A stretch of DNA of 31,989 nucleotides from Candidatus Micrarchaeota archaeon (GTDB lineage Archaea; Micrarchaeota; Micrarchaeia; Anstonellales; Anstonellaceae): positions 1 to 31,989 of the forward strand of contig DUFS01000012.1 of the NCBI GenBank assembly GCA_013331805.1, written 5' to 3'. The position numbers and the translations under genes were made by a program. This document shows, in pieces, positions 26,729 through 31,989 of this stretch. Below the pieces are notes generated by a model. That model saw only the letters and a list, made by a program, of their open reading frames with translations. It was not told the origin of the DNA and ran no database searches. Each line of letters opens with the position of its first letter. Position 1 is the first letter of the stretch.

Positions 26729-28633
26729 ATGCCAAAAGTGACCCTTCCCGACGGGAAGTCAATCGATGTGAAACAGGGGGCTTCCGCAGCCGAGGCAATA
26801 GGGCAGATATCAAAGAGGCTGCTTTCGGCTTCGCTTGCTGCGGAAGTGAATGGCAAGCAAGTCGACCTCTCCCATGTCCTTTCGGGCGACTGTTCGCTCA
26901 AAGCACTCACATTCGACTCCGATGAAGGCAAGGAGGTGTTCTGGCATTCGGGCTCGCACCTTCTTGCTCAGGCGGTAGTGAGGATTTTCCCAACGGCTGC
27001 GCCCACCATAGGCCCTGCCATTGAGGAGGGCTTCTATTACGACTTTGCGGACATCCCCCCGCTCAAGCCCGAGGACCTCGCAAGAATTGAGTCGGAGATG
27101 GCCGCAATCGTCCGTGAGGACCAGCCCTCAAAAAGGGCGGAGCTTTCGCGAAAGGAGGCTGGGAAGCTTTTCTCCTCCAACCGCTTCAAGCTCGAGATGA
27201 TTGCTGAAATACCCGATGGCGAGCACTCGGCATATTACAGCGGGGAAAAATGGGTCGACCTCTGCAGGGGCCCGCACCTCCCCTCCACTGGCTTTCTCAA
27301 GGCATTCAAGCTCACCAAGGTGTCCTCGGCTTATTGGCGCGCGGATTCCTCAAAGGAGCAGCTGCAGAGGATTTACGGCATAGCTTTCCCTGAGAAGAAA
27401 ATGCTTGACGAGTATCTGCAAAGGCTTTCGGAGGCGGAAAAGCGCGACCACCGCAAGCTCGGCGTTCAGCTCGGGCTATTTGCCTTCCACGAGTGGTCGC
27501 CAGGAAGCGCATTTTTCCTGCCCAAGGGAACCATTATTTTCAACGAGCTTCTGGATTTCCTAAAGGCCGAATACATAAAGCGGGGCTACAAGGAAGTCAT
27601 CACCCCCCAGCTTTTCAACAAGGCGCTCTGGGAGCAGTCAGGGCACTGGCAGTACTACCAGGAGAACATGTTCCTTCTCGACGTGGATGACACCGAGTTC
27701 TCGCTCAAGCCAATGAACTGCCCCTCGCACTGCCTGCTCTACAACATGTCCTCGCACTCCTACCGCGACCTTCCGCTTCGCATAGCGGACTTCTGCATGC
27801 TTCACAGGAACGAGCTTCGCGGCGTGCTGGGCGGAATGACCCGCGTGCGGAAATTCTGCATGGACGATTCGCACATTTACTGCGCACCTGAGCAGATAGG
27901 CTCGGAAATAGACGGAATGCTGGACTTCGTGAAATTCGTCTACACAGACACTTTCAAGATGTCCTTTGTCGCCAAGCTTTCCACCAGGCCAGAGAAATTC
28001 ATGGGGGAGATTAGCCAGTGGGACGCGGCAGAAAGGCACCTGGAGGATGCGCTCAAGAAAAACGGCATGCCTTACTCCTTAAACGCAGGGGACGGGGCGT
28101 TCTACGGGCCAAAGATAGACTTCCTCGTAAAGGACGCGCTTGGGAGGAGCTGGCAGCTTGCCACCATACAGGTGGACTTCCAAATGCCCTCACGCTTCAA
28201 GTGCGAATACGAGGGTGCGGACGGATCCAAGCACACCTCTGTCATGCTCCACCGCGCGATAATAGGCAGCATGGAGCGTTTCATCGGCGTGATCACCGAG
28301 CACTTTGCAGGCAAGTTCCCCCTGTGGCTTTCCCCGGTTCAGGTCTCCCTCCTCGCAGTGTCGGACACATACAACGGATTCGCAGAAGAGCTCGCCCTCA
28401 GGATGCGTCATGCAGGAATCCGCGCCGAGGCGAACGCGAGGCAGGAGACAATCGGGGCAAAGATACGCGATGCGCAGCTGGAGAAAATCCCCTACATGCT
28501 GGTGGTCGGCCAGAAGGAAAAGGAATCGGGCAGGCTTGCGGTGCGCACCAGGGACGGCAAAATAGAAAACGACCTTCCCATCGACTCATTCATCAACAAG
28601 GTGAAAAGGGAAATCGAGACAAGAGCAATTTAG
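26729..28633 (+). CDS. thrS: Threonine--tRNA ligase (bacterial-type architecture)
   Basis: TGS domain, HSGSH and DLCRGPH editing motifs, KPMNCP, GAFYGPKID, HRAI.GS.ERF. Confidence 0.97.
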   Translation: MPKVTLPDGKSIDVKQGASAAEAIGQISKRLLSASLAAEVNGKQVDLSHVLSGDCSLKALTFDSDEGKEVFWHSGSHLLAQAVVRIFPTAAPTIGPAIEEGFYYDFADIPPLKPEDLARIESEMAAIVREDQPSKRAELSRKEAGKLFSSNRFKLEMIAEIPDGEHSAYYSGEKWVDLCRGPHLPSTGFLKAFKLTKVSSAYWRADSSKEQLQRIYGIAFPEKKMLDEYLQRLSEAEKRDHRKLGVQLGLFAFHEWSPGSAFFLPKGTIIFNELLDFLKAEYIKRGYKEVITPQLFNKALWEQSGHWQYYQENMFLLDVDDTEFSLKPMNCPSHCLLYNMSSHSYRDLPLRIADFCMLHRNELRGVLGGMTRVRKFCMDDSHIYCAPEQIGSEIDGMLDFVKFVYTDTFKMSFVAKLSTRPEKFMGEISQWDAAERHLEDALKKNGMPYSLNAGDGAFYGPKIDFLVKDALGRSWQLATIQVDFQMPSRFKCEYEGADGSKHTSVMLHRAIIGSMERFIGVITEHFAGKFPLWLSPVQVSLLAVSDTYNGFAEELALRMRHAGIRAEANARQETIGAKIRDAQLEKIPYMLVVGQKEKESGRLAVRTRDGKIENDLPIDSFINKVKREIETRAI

Positions 28634-28642
28634 GGTATTTCC

Positions 28643-29641
28643 TTGCGATTGAACAGCCTTGACCATCTGCGCGGCTTTGGAATAATTCTTGTGATCGTCT
28701 TTTCTCTTTGGCAATTCATGTATTTCCAGGTGCCTGAATTCGGGCTCCTTGTCCACAATCAGCAAGGCGAGTTCAATTTCGGCGACCTGGTTTTCCCACT
28801 CTTCTTGTTCTGCACCGGCGTTTCTGTCTGGTTCTATTACAACAGGCACAGGGCAAGGGGCGGAAAAATAGAGCAGGCGGAAAAGAAATTCCTTTCACTT
28901 CTTATAGTGGCGCTTGTCATCTCCTCCTTTCACCTCTTTGGCACTTTCCCGGATGAAGTGACATTGATCGCTCTTTGCGACATTTTGCTCTTCAACCTGC
29001 TGTGGCACCGTGTGAGCCGCAGGTTTCTCCTTGCATACTCAATAGCATTCCCGCTCCTTCTTTTCGCCTTCAAGGAATTCCTGCCACAATTCTGGGCGCC
29101 TTTCAGCGGCATGTACCTGGGAGGCATATTCGCAATCCCTTATTACCTCATTATTGCAATCTTTGGCTCAATCATGGCGCAGGACGCCTTTCCCAATGCA
29201 GCTTTTGACCGGAAAAAATCCTTCAGCGCATTGGAGAAATGGATAATCATTCTCCTTTCGGCTTCCCTCGCCTCTTCATTGCTATTCCCAGTTGACAAGA
29301 TAGGCTTTTCCCCTTCGTTTCTTCCTGCAGCATTGCTGTTTTCAGCCGCGCTATTCTGGCTCTTCCTGCACCTGTTCGAAGTGCGCAGGCTGCAAATCGA
29401 TTTCCTCAGGCTCATCGGCAAAAGGTCGCTTTGGGGCTGGGCGCTCCTCTTCTTTTTCTCAGGGGCAATTTTTGTGCTTGGCACCAGGGGAAGCTACGAC
29501 CCTGCAATTTACCTCCCCCTTTGCGCGCTTCTGCTGATTCTTCTCTATGCCGCGCTATGGGCAAGGGAAAAAATAGTCACTTCCTCTTTTTGGAAGGCTT
29601 TTTCGCGGCTTTCGCCTTCTTCTTGGGGGCCTGGGCAATAA
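28643..29641 (+). CDS. Heparan-alpha-glucosaminide N-acetyltransferase-like (DUF1624) membrane acyltransferase
   Basis: [10 protein letters not shown] and H...[14 protein letters not shown] motifs; polytopic; TTG start. Confidence 0.75.
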   Translation: MRLNSLDHLRGFGIILVIVFSLWQFMYFQVPEFGLLVHNQQGEFNFGDLVFPLFLFCTGVSVWFYYNRHRARGGKIEQAEKKFLSLLIVALVISSFHLFGTFPDEVTLIALCDILLFNLLWHRVSRRFLLAYSIAFPLLLFAFKEFLPQFWAPFSGMYLGGIFAIPYYLIIAIFGSIMAQDAFPNAAFDRKKSFSALEKWIIILLSASLASSLLFPVDKIGFSPSFLPAALLFSAALFWLFLHLFEVRRLQIDFLRLIGKRSLWGWALLFFFSGAIFVLGTRGSYDPAIYLPLCALLLILLYAALWAREKIVTSSFWKAFSRLSPSSWGPGQ

Positions 29642-30938
29642 CCGGCTTTTTTTCCGCCTTGGCAAAAGAGGGGAGTTTCTTTTCGCCCTCCTTCTTGCCA
29701 GAGCGCAATTTCTGGATCTTGTTCAATATCGCCCTGTGGGCCATGAGCCGGATGGCGTTGATCCTGATGAATCCCTTGGAATCCTCCTGGTTGAACCCGC
29801 CGACCTTGTGCATTGAGCCCAATTCCTGGTCGTAAAGCGAGGTGGGCGACTCCCTTGCGACTGTCATCACATTCCCCTTGTAAATCTGCAGCATGACCTT
29901 GCCGTCGACAAATTCCTGGCTCTTGTTGAATGCCGCGGTGAGGAAATCCATCTCAGGCGAAAACCAGAAGCCGTTGTAGATTATTTCTGCGTAAATCGGC
30001 GAAAGCATGTCGCAAAGGCGGAGCACCTCCCTGTCCATTGCGATCGACTCGATGTCCCTGTGCGCGGTGTGAAGTATGGTGCCGCCCGGGGTTTCGTAAA
30101 GCCCCCTTGACTTTATGCCCACAAACCGGTTCTCCACCATGTCCATCCGCCCGACGCCGTTTGCAGAGCCGATTTCATTCGCATACATGAAAAGCTCCAG
30201 CGGGTCGGTCTTGGTGGTTCCGTCGTCCATGTTCACCAGCTTGATGGGCGTGCCGTCCTTGAAAAACACCATGAGAGTGGCGACCTTGTCAGGCGCATTT
30301 CTGGGGGATACCGTTCTTGAGTAAACGCTGTCGTCAGGGATAAGCCCGGGGTCCTCAAGAATGCCGGCCTCATGCGAGATGTGCATGAGGTTCTCGTCTT
30401 CCGAATACGGCTTTTTCAGGGTAGCCGAAATGGGTATGTCGTGCTTCTTCGCATAGGCAATGAGGTCGTCCCTGCCCCGGAACTGGGACAGGAACTCGGG
30501 CATCTTCCAGGGCGCAAGCACCTGTATGTCCGGCTTCAATGCATGGTAGGAAAGCTCGAATCTCACCTGGTCGTTGCCCTTTCCCGTGGAGCCGTGCGAA
30601 ACAAACTCCGCATTCTCCTCCTCGGCAAGAAGTATCTGGTGCTTGGCAATCAGGGGCCGCGCAAGCGAGGTGCCCAGAAGATACCTGTTCTCGTAAATCG
30701 CATTCGCCCTTATTGCAGGGAATATATAGTCTGTGACAAACTCCCTTTTCAGGTCCTTGATCACGACCTTGGAAGCTCCGCAGCCAAGCGCCTTCTTTTT
30801 CACTGCTTCAAAATCATCCTTCTGGCCGATGTCAGCAACGTAGGCTATTACATCGTATCCCCTGTCCACCAGCCACTTGAGAATGCACGAGGTGTCCAGG
30901 CCTCCGGAATAGGCTAATACCACCTTTTTCTTGGCCAT
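29577..30938 (-). CDS. argG: Argininosuccinate synthase
   Basis: [41 protein letters not shown]. Confidence 0.97.
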   Translation of the reverse strand: MAKKKVVLAYSGGLDTSCILKWLVDRGYDVIAYVADIGQKDDFEAVKKKALGCGASKVVIKDLKREFVTDYIFPAIRANAIYENRYLLGTSLARPLIAKHQILLAEEENAEFVSHGSTGKGNDQVRFELSYHALKPDIQVLAPWKMPEFLSQFRGRDDLIAYAKKHDIPISATLKKPYSEDENLMHISHEAGILEDPGLIPDDSVYSRTVSPRNAPDKVATLMVFFKDGTPIKLVNMDDGTTKTDPLELFMYANEIGSANGVGRMDMVENRFVGIKSRGLYETPGGTILHTAHRDIESIAMDREVLRLCDMLSPIYAEIIYNGFWFSPEMDFLTAAFNKSQEFVDGKVMLQIYKGNVMTVARESPTSLYDQELGSMHKVGGFNQEDSKGFIRINAIRLMAHRAILNKIQKLRSGKKEGEKKLPSFAKAEKKPVIAQAPKKKAKAAKKPSKKRK

Positions 30939-31020
30939 AATTCTCCCCCCTTACCTGATGGAACCAATTCGCATTTCCCCTTTTAAAGAGTAGCGTTCCG
31001 CCTGCAACATCCTGCATAAT

Positions 31021-31683
31021 TCATAATAATGCTTCAGCCATTTCAGCAAGCAGATTTTTCGGATCCTTCGCTTTCACGTAAGCACTTGCCAGAAGGACTC
31101 CCGCAGCGCCCAGCTCGATCGCCTTCCTGACATCCCCGCCGTTGCTCACGCCTGCCCCGCAGAGGACTGGTGTTCCATTCACCTTTGCAACAGCCTGCAC
31201 AGTCCCGGAAACAACTTCAGGCTTTGCAGTGGAAACCGATATCCCGCTTCCAATGAGCTCAGGAGGCTCCACTGCAATGAAAGTCGGCTCGAAGACAGCC
31301 AATCTCGCGGACTCGGGAGTGTCCTTTGTGCAGATCATGCTTTCCAGCCCATTTCCCCTCAGCCTTGCCACGGCTTTGCCTATTGCCTCATCGCCAATCC
31401 TCCTTTCAGAGTGGTTGACCAGGCTCCCAAGGCATCCGGCAGCTTTTATCGCCTCAGGAGTCGTAGTGCCGGTAAAGGCTCCTTCTGCATTCCAGTCCAC
31501 GTGCTGAGCGAAAATATCCTTGTGAATCTTCGATGATGCAGCCAGGTCCACAGCCTGGGGCGCGACAATTATCCGCACTCCAGTTTCCTTTCCAACATCG
31601 TGCGCGATCCTGACAAGCTCGAGGCCTTTTCTTCCCAATGACTCTGGGTAGACTTTCAGGTTCAGGGCAATCAGCGGTCTCAT
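31021..31683 (-). CDS. tpiA: Triosephosphate isomerase (archaeal type)
   Basis: NLKVY, NHSE, AVEPPELIG, LCGAG, GVLLAS; 220 aa. Confidence 0.96.
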   Translation of the reverse strand: MRPLIALNLKVYPESLGRKGLELVRIAHDVGKETGVRIIVAPQAVDLAASSKIHKDIFAQHVDWNAEGAFTGTTTPEAIKAAGCLGSLVNHSERRIGDEAIGKAVARLRGNGLESMICTKDTPESARLAVFEPTFIAVEPPELIGSGISVSTAKPEVVSGTVQAVAKVNGTPVLCGAGVSNGGDVRKAIELGAAGVLLASAYVKAKDPKNLLAEMAEALL

Positions 31684-31747
31684 GCAATCCTATTCCATAC
31701 CTCAATAACCTTCTTAAACAATTGCAGCCTAAACAGCTTCCTGACAC

Positions 31748-31797
31748 GCCGACGTGGCAGACACACTGGGTTTCAGCCCACTTATCTGCCACCGGCG
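31748..31797 (+). other. Hairpin carrying an exact copy of the tRNA 5' 14 nt (possible leader or ncRNA)
   Basis: GCCGACGTGGCAGA (31748-31761) equals 31807-31820 and pairs with TCTGCCACCGGC (31785-31796). Confidence 0.6.
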
Positions 31798-31806
31798 CAA
31801 CAAGTT

Positions 31807-31979
31807 GCCGACGTGGCAGAATCCGGTATCGCGCTAGACTCGAGATCCTACCGGCTTTTGCGGGGAATCTAGTGCCCTTCGGGGCTTAGGAGTTCAATGC
31901 CAATCCCTTTTCTTGGAAAGAAAAGGTCTTGGCGAACCCCAAAAGAAGTTGGGGAAACGAACAAATCTCCTCGTCGGCG
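31807..31979 (+). tRNA. tRNA-Ser(CGA) with two introns (37/38: 31845-31866; 58/59: 31898-31964)
   Basis: Acceptor GCCGACG/CGTCGGC with G73; anticodon stem CTAGA/TCTAG with CGA at 31841-31843; long variable arm; T stem AGGAG/CTCCT. Splice helices CUCG/CGGG and GUUC/GAAC. CCA is not encoded. Confidence 0.88.
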
Positions 31980-31989
31980 CTTCATTCTT

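Noticed and set aside
31762..31820. The upstream duplication as a third, D-arm intron of the tRNA
   Set aside because: I could not build a convincing bulge-helix-bulge at any junction within the 14-nt duplication, and the downstream copy already gives a complete tRNA.

Overview
Archaeal chromosomal window, most consistent with a DPANN archaeon such as Micrarchaeota. This is inferred from TATA boxes about 22 nt upstream of leaderless ATGs, an ATP-dependent DNA ligase, archaeal-type TpiA, class III signal-peptide pilins and a BHB-intron tRNA. From left to right: (1) 1-6.2 kb is an accessory island with a TrmB gene cut by an IS1595 remnant, three toxin-antitoxin pairs separated by an unannotated structured repeat family, and a dead IS110. 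(2) 6.3-13.5 kb is an ion/osmotic-stress block: Csp, an EF-hand metallophosphoesterase, a Na+/Ca2+ antiporter, DUF389, MscS, a GpgS-like/HAD fusion and two deletion-chimera genes. (3) DNA ligase. (4) 15.3-26.7 kb is a type IV pilus locus: six prepilin-like genes, LamG/CBM/Cys-rich adhesins, an ATPase and two TadC-like proteins. (5) Housekeeping genes thrS, an HGSNAT-like acyltransferase, argG and tpiA, then a two-intron tRNA-Ser(CGA) preceded by a hairpin that copies its 5' end. The best leads are a LamG domain apparently split between two adjacent adhesin genes, the repeat-delimited TA array, the EF-hand phosphoesterase next to the Ca2+ antiporter, and the tRNA leader hairpin. All family calls come from motif recognition by eye, not from database searches.
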